Both the position numbers and the translations under genes were made by a program. A DNA stretch of 64,000 bases from Histomonas meleagridis 2922-C6/04-290x. Taxonomy: Eukaryota > Protista > Parabasalia. Position 1 is the first letter of the stretch; each line of letters begins with the position of its first letter. The notes under the pieces were generated by a model, which searched no databases, was not told the DNA's origin, and saw nothing but the letters and a program-made list of their open reading frames with translations. This document shows positions 10,668-22,243 of the stretch, in pieces. The stretch lies in NCBI GenBank assembly GCA_020184695.1, contig JAANOX010000037.1, forward strand, positions 1-64,000, in the 5' to 3' direction.

Positions 10668-13175
10668 TCATTCCTCTGTCAGTTTCATCCACGCCAACTT
10701 TGCGTCTGCTGCCTCTTTCCTGATTTCTCTCTTGTCGTCGTCGAGTGCCATTCTCAGCTTCCTGATCACCTTCGTCTTGTGCTTCATGCACTCCTTCTCG
10801 TCGATGCTCAGCGGTATCAGCCTGAGCACCCTCACGATGTCTATTCGGGTTCTTGCGACGACATTTTCGTTCAACAGATAATATTCCAATAATTTTTCGA
10901 TTATTTCGTCGAACACTTTCACGAACACTTTCATTATATTATTATCCATTCGAATTATGCAGAACAATATCAAATCGAGTGCGCCTTTTAAGTCGACGTC
11001 GATGAACTTCGGAAACATTTTAATTAATTGTGCAATATCACTTAAGAACATTTCCGGAGGACATAATAAACATAATTTAATTAATGAATACGGAGAATCA
11101 TTTAATGATAAATGGAATTTGTTCCATAAAATTTCTTTATACTTTTCGTTATATATAAATCGTTGATTAATAACATCGAATTTGTTATATATTTCGCCAA
11201 GTGATTCATCAAATTGATCTTCGAAGATTAATAACTCCGGAATCAATTGAACAGGATCGAAATCAGATGTAATTATTCCTTCTAATGCTAATGAAAATGG
11301 ATTCTTTTCGATTATGTTTGAGCTAAGTTTACATGATAATATATTTCTGGAGCTTTCATTTAATGTCGTTATTTCATTAATTATTTCGGTGGGTATATCT
11401 TTAGGTAATATCGAAGTTAATATTAAATCAAACAAAGAATTATGTTTAAGTAAATTTTTCGATAATATATTTCCATTTGTTCGTAATGAAATTGTTAATA
11501 TTAAATCGTCGTTAACATTTTCTTCAGTAGATAAAATCTCTAATAAATCATCCGATAAATTATCAGAGAGTTGTTTAATGGGTAAAAGACTTCGATGTAA
11601 TATTTGATAATTCTTCGATTTGGCAAACGAATTGAATATATATCTCGAGAAAAATGAATTTGTACATAAATGACTCGCAAATCGCGAAACTTCAGTTGAG
11701 GACTTTAATGAATGAAATGAAGTATGCGTTGAAATGCTTTCGATTAATGGCGTTAGTAACTCATTTAACAAAACATTTTCGTACTCTGTTTGAGTGGAAA
11801 GTGAATTAAGTGCTGATGTAGAAAATGGTTCGAGTTCGATATGCATAAGAAGATTTGTAAGAAGTGTCGGGTTAAACGGTAAATGAAGATGGTTACTGAG
11901 TTCCCGTATGATGACAAGTGATGTGATGTGGAGATTGCGATTATCTGATAATAATGAATTATTGGCTATCGTCAAAAATGGAGTGAAGGAATCATCGGTA
12001 AGATCATGGAAGTCTTGGAGCTTAAGAAATTCGACGATAGAAGCAAGAATGCTTTGAACGCGATTTTCATCATGCGATTCAAAAGACTTTTGTACTACAG
12101 CTGCTAATGGAGCAATGACTTGCTTTGAAAAGTGGATGACTTTGTCAATGTTCCAGGAGACGATGGAATATGCACGAATTGAATTCATATTTTCACTCTC
12201 GATAATTTCGGTAGATATCCACTCACTAATGGCTATAGAGGACAACATTTGATGGGAATCTGGGTTTAGTTCAACAAATTTGACAATGGAGGTTATCGCT
12301 GAATTGACAGTATTCTCATCAGTAGCTGTTGATCCTCCTTCAAAATGCTCTCGGAGTGAGATTATAAAGGAAGAGACAACACTGACAACCAACTCGGGCT
12401 TAGTTTTATGAACTAAAAGAATTGATAAACTTCTATAAATTGGAGTTCGAGTATCAGCAAGAGAATTCTTTAACTTAGCAGAAACAAGCTCAGCTAAGTC
12501 ATCTGCAAATTTTGGGTTGGAAGCAAGACATTCTGATAATTGATTAGCTAAATCAGTATTTTGAGAAATTGGATAAAATACACTTACAACATCAAATAAC
12601 TCTGAGATTTGTGCCTTGTCAAGTTTATCAATAATTAGATTAGTAAATTTTTGGAAAATATTAAAGACAACTTTAAGGCATCTTGGATCTTGCTCATAAC
12701 CGCAAAACACTTTGAATTTTTCGACGATAGACGGTTTTGTTATTGAAATTCCTTTTTTGATGATCTTGTCAAACAACTGATATGCCGAAAGTCTTGCTGC
12801 ATATAAGTTAACTCTTAAATCAATACTAATAAGTTTATCAAATGTATCATTAAGTTGTTCAGAATCCAAAATATCTATATTTGTGGAAATAATTTCACAT
12901 GAAGCCTGAAGACAAGCAGAGTCTGCTAATTTGATAGCAGCCATTTCTGCAATTGCTTTCCTTACAGCAGGGATTTTGAATTGAGTGTTAAAAAAGGAAA
13001 GAACAGTAATTGCTTGAATTCTCATATTTCTATCTTTATCACTTAAAAATGGAAGTAATTCGCCTACTTTTGCTTCAAGGTCACTGTCGTTTTCGATTTC
13101 AGTTAAAGTTGATTGAAGGATAGATGTTTTTTTGTCTTCATTAGCTCTAGCCAACCGGTTGAGTGTGTATTTCAT
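10668..13175 (-). CDS. MMS19: MMS19-like HEAT-repeat protein (cytosolic Fe-S assembly)
   Basis: GYEQDPRCLKVVF...ELFDVVSVFYPI resembles the MMS19 N-domain; KTKVIRKLRMALDDDKREIRKEAADAKLAW resembles the MMS19 C-terminus. First ATG at 13175. Confidence 0.75.
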   Translation of the reverse strand: MKYTLNRLARANEDKKTSILQSTLTEIENDSDLEAKVGELLPFLSDKDRNMRIQAITVLSFFNTQFKIPAVRKAIAEMAAIKLADSACLQASCEIISTNIDILDSEQLNDTFDKLISIDLRVNLYAARLSAYQLFDKIIKKGISITKPSIVEKFKVFCGYEQDPRCLKVVFNIFQKFTNLIIDKLDKAQISELFDVVSVFYPISQNTDLANQLSECLASNPKFADDLAELVSAKLKNSLADTRTPIYRSLSILLVHKTKPELVVSVVSSFIISLREHFEGGSTATDENTVNSAITSIVKFVELNPDSHQMLSSIAISEWISTEIIESENMNSIRAYSIVSWNIDKVIHFSKQVIAPLAAVVQKSFESHDENRVQSILASIVEFLKLQDFHDLTDDSFTPFLTIANNSLLSDNRNLHITSLVIIRELSNHLHLPFNPTLLTNLLMHIELEPFSTSALNSLSTQTEYENVLLNELLTPLIESISTHTSFHSLKSSTEVSRFASHLCTNSFFSRYIFNSFAKSKNYQILHRSLLPIKQLSDNLSDDLLEILSTEENVNDDLILTISLRTNGNILSKNLLKHNSLFDLILTSILPKDIPTEIINEITTLNESSRNILSCKLSSNIIEKNPFSLALEGIITSDFDPVQLIPELLIFEDQFDESLGEIYNKFDVINQRFIYNEKYKEILWNKFHLSLNDSPYSLIKLCLLCPPEMFLSDIAQLIKMFPKFIDVDLKGALDLILFCIIRMDNNIMKVFVKVFDEIIEKLLEYYLLNENVVARTRIDIVRVLRLIPLSIDEKECMKHKTKVIRKLRMALDDDKREIRKEAADAKLAWMKLTEE

Positions 13176-13775
13176 TGATATTACTATCCAAACAGACCCA
13201 GTCAAATTTCATTGGAATCACTTTTTGCGGATCACAAATACTATTAAACGTCTAATAAAATATTCTTTTTTGATAGTAATTTGATCGTCTCTGTTCATGG
13301 ATATAATTAAATAATTTTTCATTATCTATATAAAAATATACAAATTCCCTATATTATAAATAAAAAAATAATTTAAAGAAGAAAAATCAAACAAAATAAC
13401 AAAATAAGAAAAATTATTTAATTTATATTAACGCAAATTTCTCATAGTAATATATTAACAAATCAAATAGCAATTTTTTCTTGTTTACTCAGTAGGTGTC
13501 ACAAATTTATTCAATTTTTCATAAATGAAATCTATTGATGCTGTCCTTTCGTTCGGATCCAGTCTATCAATGGCGTTTATCATCGTCTGTGCTCTATGTA
13601 ACATTTGCTTTGTTACCTTTCCGTCACCGCCTGCCATTTTTTTTGAAAATCTTTTTATCCAAATCGCGATATGTAATTCTGTTTGTATCTTGATTCACCA
13701 TTCTTAGTAAATAGTTGAGTGGGTGTAACTCATTTATTAATTGTTGTTGACTTGGTTTCCTACCAGGTTTATGTT

Positions 13776-14474
13776 TCAGGATAAATTTTGCTTGTTCAAG
13801 ATCGACATAATGCGATGCATCTTTTTTTCTGCATATTTTCCACCATTTTCTTTATTTTTTTCTCTGTGTCCATTTTGTATTGATACATCTCTGATTGGTT
13901 GAGTTTTAGAATCTGTTACTGGCTTTTTAGCATCTTTAAATCCTTTACATTTTTTGTCTATTTCCCCATTATTCGTTAATATGTTGTAACCACTTTTTAC
14001 TGCTTTGCAATTTGGATCAGGTAATCCATCATTTGTCAGTATGATAAATCCGTTTTTTATCATTTTGCTGCTTTTATCGATTTTTCCATTTATTGTAAAC
14101 ATTAAATCATCTTTTTCAGGTGTATATGTAGAAGAAGATGAAGTAGCTGTGCTTTCTTTCGATGATTTATATCTCATATCAAGTTTACCATCTTTTCTAA
14201 AGTGTAATTCATTTGAAGAATTATTATTATCGCATATTGGTGATGAAGAAGTGTGTTAACTATTTTACATGGATGTATTTGAATATGCTGCACGAGATGA
14301 ACTGCAGCGCATATCTAGACCACCGTCTTTCTTGTAATGCAATCCACTTGATGAAGATGAGGAAGATGTTGGAGGAGAATATGTTTTTGATGAGGTTGAG
14401 CTTGAGCTTGAACATGCTGCACGAGATGAACTGTAGCGCATATCTGGCGTACCATCTTTCTTTAGATGAATCAT
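13776..14474 (-). pseudogene. Ser-rich protein with (K/R)KDGxxDMRY repeats, interrupted by two in-frame TAA
   Basis: ATG 14474 follows an Inr-like TCATTT. Motifs KKDGTPDMRY, KKDGGLDMRC and RKDGKLDMRY, then degenerate INGKIDKSS/NDGLPDPNC/NNGEIDKKC. In-frame TAA at 14265-14267 and 14256-14258 separate ORFs 14265..14516 and 13776..14177, which share a frame. Confidence 0.6.
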
Positions 14475-15216
14475 GAAAAAAAATGAGAAAGAATGCCGCA
14501 TTGAAAGATGTATCAAAAGATTGAGAGAGGGTGAAGTATGTCACATTTTTATCCATAGAAATGATTGTTAAAGTTAACATTTCAACAGAAAAATTAAATT
14601 CATACAAAACTTTGAATTTTTGTAGTTACAGGCTAAACGTAAACAGACATTATTAAATACTTTTATATAAGTTTAACAAATTTTATTCTTTTATTGCTCT
14701 TATATGTTTTGCATTCGATCTATCAAATGCACTACTATACTTCATTTTATTTTGACAGTAGAAAATTATTTAAAATAAAATATCCAATGAAAATTCAAAG
14801 AAAATGTTATCCTACTTCAATAGTTGGTGAAATTTCTATTTAATAATATATACATTTTATTCAAGAACAATTAATTAATTAATATTTAGAAATGCTTGTG
14901 ATGTATTGATTTAAATAATATTCTATATCAAAAAAATTCTTGAATATGAAAATTACTCAACTGAATTCGGTAGCAAAAATGTAATATGGTTACAGTGGTA
15001 ATATTTTTATTATCCATAATACATCTTTTTGATGATTAGGATGTTGAATATTTTGTTTTATTGGAATGTTTTGAAGTTTATGATAATTCTCAACTCTATT
15101 AATTCCAAATGAATTTGCAAGTGTAATATAATTTAATGAAGATCAAAAAGAAAATACTGAACCTCCAATAAAATTCATAAAATAAAGAAATAAAATACAA
15201 TTTATTAATAATAAAT

Positions 15217-18200
15217 TTATTTTTCTTTACAAAGTTTCTGTATTACACATTCTATACAAAATTGCAATTGTTTATTTCTTGTTTTACATAACTTAGTTAA
15301 AGGTTCAAACAAGAAGTAAACATGGCCAAACTTTCCATTTTCATCGAATATACCATTTTCCACATTCATTTTATCCAAGTTCATTATGAAGTCGATCATT
15401 TCTTCATATTTTTTCTCTATTAACTTCGAGTTTAAAGCGTTTTCTTCATTTAATACCAAATCAACTAATTCATTAAAATATTTTTTGATTAAATCTTTTT
15501 CCTTTAATGCGAATTTTATATCCGAATTATCATTTTTCGAGCAAAAACTTTTAAAATATAATGAAAAGAATGTTGGCGATCTTTTAGCGAACATAATATA
15601 AATGTTTAAACCATTTTCCGAAAGTATATTCATTTTCGGAGTAATTAGTTCTATCAAAGGAATTTGGAACTTATAATTTTTCCTTCCGATTTCTATTAAT
15701 TTAAACAATGTAATATCTTCCGAAAGTAAATCCTCCATAGAAATTGGAAGCGAAATCAAAAACTTTAAACATTCTTCACAACTTTCATTAATAGATATAA
15801 TATTTTTCATAACTAACAACAAAATCTTTAATGCTATAGCTCTCATTTTCTCATCGAAAGAATGCACAAAAAGTATAGTTATTAAATCAGTTATTTTTGT
15901 AATTCGTTCGATATTATTTTTACACAAGTTAATATATTTTACTATATAATTCATTAATATAATATATTTCGACTCATTTAATTTCGGTAATAAAATTATT
16001 ATGTCTAAAATCGAAAATATAATTTCATCATTTTTCGCTTTAAAAAATAATTCTATAATATTTAACCAAGATTCGAATTCGTCATTTTTAATATCATTAA
16101 CAATTTTAGGTAAAACTTCTTTAATAACATAAACAGCTGATTTTAAATCTAAGTTATTATTGAGATATTTAATGATTGTTCGATTAAATGAAAACGTCGC
16201 TTGTTTAAATAATGTTTCATCTTTGAAAAAAAATAATGGAATATAACATTTGATGACTTCATTGTTATCTTTTTCGGAATATGTTTGAATTGTACTCACT
16301 AAATCATCAATAACTGTTTTATAAGTTCCAATATTTCTTAAACATTCAATTGAACCTTTTAATATTAAATTTGGTAAATTAATTAAATCAATGTTTAATA
16401 TTAATGGATGTATAATATTATTTTCTATATAACTCTTTAATTCATTTGAATAATTTTGATGATTCTCATTAATAATCTCAAATAATGTTCGTAATGATAT
16501 TTCACGAATATTAATTCGTTTATCATAAAATTGTTTTTGTAAGATATTTAATAAGATTTTCCAATTAGTATTATCATTAGGTAATAAATTAACTGAGATT
16601 TTCTTTATAAAATTTACGGATTCTATTGATATATTAGTATCAATATCTTGTGAAATATATGCCGAAATTGTAGATAAACATATTTCGATGTCAGTTTTCT
16701 GTAAACTACTCAACGCTTCATTACAAACATATTTTAATGATTCGAAACCACTTTGTATAGTTTTATCTCCAGTGACAACTAAAATATTTTTTAAGATCGA
16801 AATAATAATTTTCCATCCATCACTTGATATATTATTTGAACAATTAATAATTAACTTATATAAACAATCAAAACCTAATTCTAAAAGATTCGGATTATTT
16901 AAATTAGTAATTCGAAATATAAAATCATAAATAAAACTTTTCGTTTTATTGTTTTCATTATCATTTATAACAATTTCAGCAATTTCAAAAAATAATCGAA
17001 TGATATTAACTTGTAAATCAATGTTATTCGAACTTAATATTCGTTTTAAATGATCAAAAAATGGTTCTTCAACTATATCCCGATAATTTTTATTCTTGAT
17101 AAATAAATAACAAATCGTTTGTAATGGCCATAAATTTAATTCATTCGAATTACGATGAATTTCTTCGATACTTAAACATAATATAATATGAAATAAATTC
17201 TCAAATTCTTTCGAATTAAGTTTGTTAGAGAAATCAACTATCGATGGCTGAATGATTTGTAATGTTTTAATATCAATCGATGACTTTTGTGATAATGCAA
17301 TTCGATTACATTTACAAATTACACCAAAAATCGTTTGCCAAAATTTCATAAGTTCAATACTTCGTTTTTGTAAAAAGCGAATTAATAAATGCAAACATAT
17401 TAATCCTTTTTTGGTCATTGACCCATTGATTACATTTGGTAAACAAATTTCAGTTAATATATTAATTTGTGTTTTTAAATATTCACTTTTTTTAAGATTA
17501 ATTAAATACTTAAGTGTGGATTTAAGGATATTAAGTGACATTATAAGTGTTTTTGTTTCATCTGTGGTTCGAATTACATTACTCCAAATATTCTCAAAAA
17601 TTGGAAAAATTTGTTCGAAATAATCAAGATGTTGTGAAAGTTTTGGGATCTGTAAATAAACAACTAATATAGAAAACATTAAGTTCCGATTTGGATTTTG
17701 ATGATATGGATCAAATGAACTTAATGAAATACATTTTCTTGAAATAATTAATGTATCGTGATGTAAACCTTTGAAATTCGATGTGAAATATTTTTCTGCA
17801 ATTTGTGTTATTTTAAGTAATTGTTTGGAATTAAATATTGTAAATAAAAGATGAGGAGATTGTGAAATAGTTATTGCAATTGGTTCAAAAAGAAATGGAT
17901 TTGTTTCAAGAAAAGAAACCATTTTGTTCACAATTATTTTGACTCGGTTTGTTTCGGTTTGGCTTAAATATATCATCAAATGAGGAAAAAATAATGAAAA
18001 TTCAACAGGTGAAGTTTGTGATGAAAGATATTGGGTAATACTTTCGGTAATTGTTTTACATTGATTTTGAAAATGAAGAAGTAAAGGTATATGTTCATCT
18101 AGAATATACTTTAAAAGTAAGAGTGGAAAGTTCCCAGGTTCAAATGTATTAACAAATACATATGGTTCTTGGCCATTGATTATACATAAGAGATCTGTAA

Positions 18201-18849
18201 TGAGTGAAAAAATAAAATTAATTGACCAATGAGCTGAGGAAACAACAGAAGATTGATCTGGAAGAGCTTGTGGTTTATCATTTATTGTGGCAATGTATGA
18301 ATCAGAATCATCACTTGGATCTAAATTTTCATCATTTGATTTTCGATATGAAGATGATCTTCTTTGTTTGCCAAGAATTCTATCAAATGCTATATCAAGA
18401 AGTTGGTAAGAAGTTGCAATTGCTATACTTTGAAGAGAAGATGAAGATGAAGCAACTTTAAATATCCATTTTGCACAAAAAAATCTAATATCTATGTCAT
18501 CTAAATTAGAAGCAAATGATGCTAAAGAAAGTTGAAATAATTTAAGTGTAAATTGCACTGTAGAATTTGAAAATGCAGAATCAATTAATTCAAATATTTT
18601 TGTACAAGCAACACAATTAATTGAAGATGTCTCAATTAAAATCTTGATCACATTTAGTAGTAAAGTCGAAACATTTGTAAGTTTTTTGTCTTTTAAAACA
18701 TTATCAAAAAATTGAATAAAAGAATCATCTGGATTATTAATTATAAGTTTGTTTTCTTTAGCTCTGTTAATCAATGCGTCAACAGATTTTTTTCTGTTTC
18801 CTGATAAGCATGAAGAAATCGTCTTTAAATCTTGCTGAAGTTTCTCCAT
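15217..18849 (-). CDS. MON2-like ARM/HEAT protein (Sec7-family related, endosome-Golgi)
   Basis: 1210-aa ORF; N-terminal LQQDLKTISS...KKSVD; later GFESLKYVCNEAL...ISAYISQDIDTNISIESV and DKRINIREISLRTLFEII blocks are typical of MON2. Confidence 0.65.
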   Translation of the reverse strand: MEKLQQDLKTISSCLSGNRKKSVDALINRAKENKLIINNPDDSFIQFFDNVLKDKKLTNVSTLLLNVIKILIETSSINCVACTKIFELIDSAFSNSTVQFTLKLFQLSLASFASNLDDIDIRFFCAKWIFKVASSSSSLQSIAIATSYQLLDIAFDRILGKQRRSSSYRKSNDENLDPSDDSDSYIATINDKPQALPDQSSVVSSAHWSINFIFSLITDLLCIINGQEPYVFVNTFEPGNFPLLLLKYILDEHIPLLLHFQNQCKTITESITQYLSSQTSPVEFSLFFPHLMIYLSQTETNRVKIIVNKMVSFLETNPFLFEPIAITISQSPHLLFTIFNSKQLLKITQIAEKYFTSNFKGLHHDTLIISRKCISLSSFDPYHQNPNRNLMFSILVVYLQIPKLSQHLDYFEQIFPIFENIWSNVIRTTDETKTLIMSLNILKSTLKYLINLKKSEYLKTQINILTEICLPNVINGSMTKKGLICLHLLIRFLQKRSIELMKFWQTIFGVICKCNRIALSQKSSIDIKTLQIIQPSIVDFSNKLNSKEFENLFHIILCLSIEEIHRNSNELNLWPLQTICYLFIKNKNYRDIVEEPFFDHLKRILSSNNIDLQVNIIRLFFEIAEIVINDNENNKTKSFIYDFIFRITNLNNPNLLELGFDCLYKLIINCSNNISSDGWKIIISILKNILVVTGDKTIQSGFESLKYVCNEALSSLQKTDIEICLSTISAYISQDIDTNISIESVNFIKKISVNLLPNDNTNWKILLNILQKQFYDKRINIREISLRTLFEIINENHQNYSNELKSYIENNIIHPLILNIDLINLPNLILKGSIECLRNIGTYKTVIDDLVSTIQTYSEKDNNEVIKCYIPLFFFKDETLFKQATFSFNRTIIKYLNNNLDLKSAVYVIKEVLPKIVNDIKNDEFESWLNIIELFFKAKNDEIIFSILDIIILLPKLNESKYIILMNYIVKYINLCKNNIERITKITDLITILFVHSFDEKMRAIALKILLLVMKNIISINESCEECLKFLISLPISMEDLLSEDITLFKLIEIGRKNYKFQIPLIELITPKMNILSENGLNIYIMFAKRSPTFFSLYFKSFCSKNDNSDIKFALKEKDLIKKYFNELVDLVLNEENALNSKLIEKKYEEMIDFIMNLDKMNVENGIFDENGKFGHVYFLFEPLTKLCKTRNKQLQFCIECVIQKLCKEK

Positions 18850-19272
18850 AATCTGTCACTTTTCCGAATAATTATTTTTGAGCTCGGTGTGCGTCATAAC
18901 CAAACGCAGAGTAAACCATTCAATCTACTCTCACAAAAAAAGATTACAACCGAGTTTTTCACATGTATTTTTGAATACTTTTCACTTCACCGAGGTACAA
19001 ATTTTTCTAATACCGAAAATTCATCACTGGATTTAAGGGATGTATTAATTTTCATATGCTTAACTCTATAGCAAATGATATCTCGTAAAATGATAATAAA
19101 ATTAAATTCTATTTAAGTTTTTCAAACATCGAAATCACATTTTTTTACATTTAAAAAATTTATGATAAAAAATGTCTTTTCATAAAAAGAGAACCTCAAA
19201 ACAATGTAACAAAACCATTAAATATTTTTATTCATACAAATATTTTATTCCCACGCGAATATTCATTTCCTT

Positions 19273-21270
19273 TTATGAATATTTCGAGTATATTTCCTTT
19301 AGTTTTTCTATTTCGTAATCATTTTCCAGCACTTCGATGTTATCTTTTCTCTTTCTTTCCTGTGGTATAAAGCTAGATATCAAATATGCGTTTTCATAAT
19401 ACGCGAAAGGTTGAAAAAGTTTTGGCTTTGTTCTCACCGAATTTTGTTCCAAGAACAATGAGTTTGGGTAATTTTGATAATATTTATAAATTGTTTCTTC
19501 TCTTAGATCGAATTTACACGGCTGCGATCTCATCCAAATGTTCAATTCTTCTTCGAGCGAATTAAATTCGTCAGAAACATCGAACAAGTTCAACTTTGCG
19601 AAATAATAATTTATCATTAACGGGAAATATTCCAACACCAATTTCTGTAAGTAATTAATTTTCTTTATATCGAATGGGAAATGAAGTTCTTTTGCCAAAC
19701 AAAAATGCACTAACAACACTAACATTTTCTCGATTTCATTTTCGGGCAAAATTATTCCGTCCGATATTTGACTAAAAGTATTATATATCAATGATAGAAA
19801 TGTTTCAATGTAATCAATTGGCTTTTCTTTTATGAACTTCTTTTCTTGGACAGTTGGTACGTAATGCGAAAACAAACAAATTTTACTCTGGAAGAATTCA
19901 GGAGGAAGTTTAAAATCAGGAATTTGATATACAACAAAGAAATATATCATATTTAAGATGGTAGAAAACTTCCAAAATCCTTTCGGAGTATATTTTTCAT
20001 CTAATTGTTTCCAATTTTGTTTGAGCTCTTGTTTTTGTGGTAATAATATCATTAATATCTTCTCTTCGATTTCAATTCCATCACTAATACTTATTGAATC
20101 ATTAAATCCATTTGATATGAATTTAGTTAAAACATTTGGAAACTTTTTAATCAATAGAAAATGTGCTTTTGATATTATAAATTCACATAAAAAGTCAAAA
20201 AGTAAAAACTGATTACAATTTTGTTCAACGTATAATATTAAATCAGATTCACATTCAATAGAAAACATTGGTATAATATGCGCAACTGATTTAACAAGTG
20301 TATTATTATTCTTTAAGACTAATGTTAATTTCATCCAATTATATTTAACAGTATAAAACATTAATGTATTTTGTGAATAAAATATTGGGAAATCCTTCGA
20401 ACAATTCATGATCCCATTGGGCGTTTCAGGAACTAATTGGCTATCGGTGATGGAATATTTCCAAAATGTATTTAAATCAAAAAATAATAAACAAACATTG
20501 CCAATCGGAATGATCAGATTGTCCTTCATCTTAATGATAACAAGGTTCGATTTATTATATTGGGATTGGAGACCAATGCTAACAAAGCGATTGGCAGGAA
20601 AACCTAAAAATGAAATGCTTTGTTGTGAACCAATCGATGCAAGAACAAAATTCTTCTTCCCGCTAAATGTAAAAAGATGAGTGGGTAAAAAGTTTTCATT
20701 GCTAGCGTCCATTTGAGCAGAATAAAGAAGAACAAATTCTTGCGCAAATGAATAATATAGAATTTTTCGAGAAGATTTAATAATGACTAAATTGGGCGAA
20801 TAACTGGAATACATCCACCAAAGAACTTTGCCAGCTATTTTTTTGGATGTGTTACTAGAAAAATTGGATTTAATAGTCATTAGATATAAAGAATTTTTTT
20901 TTTTGTAAATAAAATATTCATAATTCGAAGTGGAATCAATTGGAGTGCAATGCTTTGCATTGTGGATCTTAAAATGTCCTTGACTTGATTTGTCTAAATA
21001 AAGAAAATGAAGATAATTATCATCTGTATGAAAGGATAAGATTTTTTGTGATTTTGAAAGTGACGCCTCAGAAATTTTTTGATTATAATCACCATTACAT
21101 AGTAAAATTAAAGAGTTTGAATGATAATCATATTTGAAAAATTTAACTTGCTTGCTATTTACTTCTTCATAGAGAATGGCATAACAATCATTTGATACGC
21201 CACAATAATGAAGCTTTGGATTCGGTGCTGTTAATTCGTGAGGAGGACTGCGACTTTCGAAGCAAATCAT
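19273..21270 (-). CDS. Hypothetical protein (665 aa; beta-rich N-half, helical C-half)
   Basis: Long ATG-initiated ORF in very AT-rich DNA; no recognised motif. Confidence 0.75.
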   Translation of the reverse strand: MICFESRSPPHELTAPNPKLHYCGVSNDCYAILYEEVNSKQVKFFKYDYHSNSLILLCNGDYNQKISEASLSKSQKILSFHTDDNYLHFLYLDKSSQGHFKIHNAKHCTPIDSTSNYEYFIYKKKNSLYLMTIKSNFSSNTSKKIAGKVLWWMYSSYSPNLVIIKSSRKILYYSFAQEFVLLYSAQMDASNENFLPTHLFTFSGKKNFVLASIGSQQSISFLGFPANRFVSIGLQSQYNKSNLVIIKMKDNLIIPIGNVCLLFFDLNTFWKYSITDSQLVPETPNGIMNCSKDFPIFYSQNTLMFYTVKYNWMKLTLVLKNNNTLVKSVAHIIPMFSIECESDLILYVEQNCNQFLLFDFLCEFIISKAHFLLIKKFPNVLTKFISNGFNDSISISDGIEIEEKILMILLPQKQELKQNWKQLDEKYTPKGFWKFSTILNMIYFFVVYQIPDFKLPPEFFQSKICLFSHYVPTVQEKKFIKEKPIDYIETFLSLIYNTFSQISDGIILPENEIEKMLVLLVHFCLAKELHFPFDIKKINYLQKLVLEYFPLMINYYFAKLNLFDVSDEFNSLEEELNIWMRSQPCKFDLREETIYKYYQNYPNSLFLEQNSVRTKPKLFQPFAYYENAYLISSFIPQERKRKDNIEVLENDYEIEKLKEIYSKYS

Positions 21271-21698
21271 GATTGCATGACAATAAAGTATTCAATAATC
21301 GTGTCATTTTTGTATTTAAGAAGATCAGCAAATAATATAAAGATAAAAGTGGCAAAGAACTTGGTTCGCAAAAATGTTTTTTTCCTGCTGTTCAGTCTCT
21401 ACTATGTATTAATTCATTGTTCCTCTATCGCTAAATAGCAGAAAATAAAAATCTTTAACACAAATGACGAATTAAAAGATATGAAAAGCATTATAATTAA
21501 AATGTTTACAAATTATATTGAAATACCAACGAAATATGAAATTTTATCTTTAGCGCCTGAGCAGCCAATGACAATTCAAAATATGACCAAAGTAATTTTA
21601 TTTTTGTAGGTTATTTAAGAATATGATTACATTTTAAACTGTAAAACTCAAGGGAACATTCATGCTTTTTATTTGATTTAAGCTATTTCAGAAAGGGC

Positions 21699-22113
21699 AT
21701 GTTGTGGATGCTGAAAAAATCCTCTACTAGAAATTCTCTAGTTTTCATTCATGAATGATAAATTTTAAAAATGTGTTCAAATGCATAATAAAATCTTCTT
21801 TGCATGAAATAATATGTAGAATGAGTAATATTATACCAAATTAAGTTTAAATTGGGAAAACAGCTAAGTGGTTTCAAAAAAAAAATTATTGTGATTTTGA
21901 TATTACCTTTAATCGAAATAAAATAAACGATGCATTTTCGAAATGATTTTTATTAGTGTGTTACTATATAATTTATAAAATTTCAAGTCAGTTTTGATCC
22001 TCGATCTGAAGATTATATCATTTCACGTCACATTACACATATGTATAGATAAACCATTGAAAATGAAAAACTAGAGAATTTTTAGTAGAGGATTTTTTCC
22101 ACATCCATAACAT
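21699..22113. mobile_element. MITE-like non-coding element with ~50-bp imperfect terminal inverted repeats
   Basis: Left ATGTTGTGGATGCTGAAAAAATCCTCTACTAGAAATTCTCTAGTTTTCATT (~21699-21749); reverse complement of right (~22062-22113) ATGTTATGGATGTGGAAAAAATCCTCTACTAAAAATTCTCTAGTTTTTCATT. No ORF inside and no TSD identified. Confidence 0.6.
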
Positions 22114-22243
22114 TGTCTATAGATATATTTTATTGAAAATTCTCTGATTTCATGTTGTTTCTTTCTATATTGCATTAAAAAATTCAAATATTATTTTGGA
22201 ACCTTAAGTTATTCAAATAAACATCTTTAAAATTGGCTTCAGT

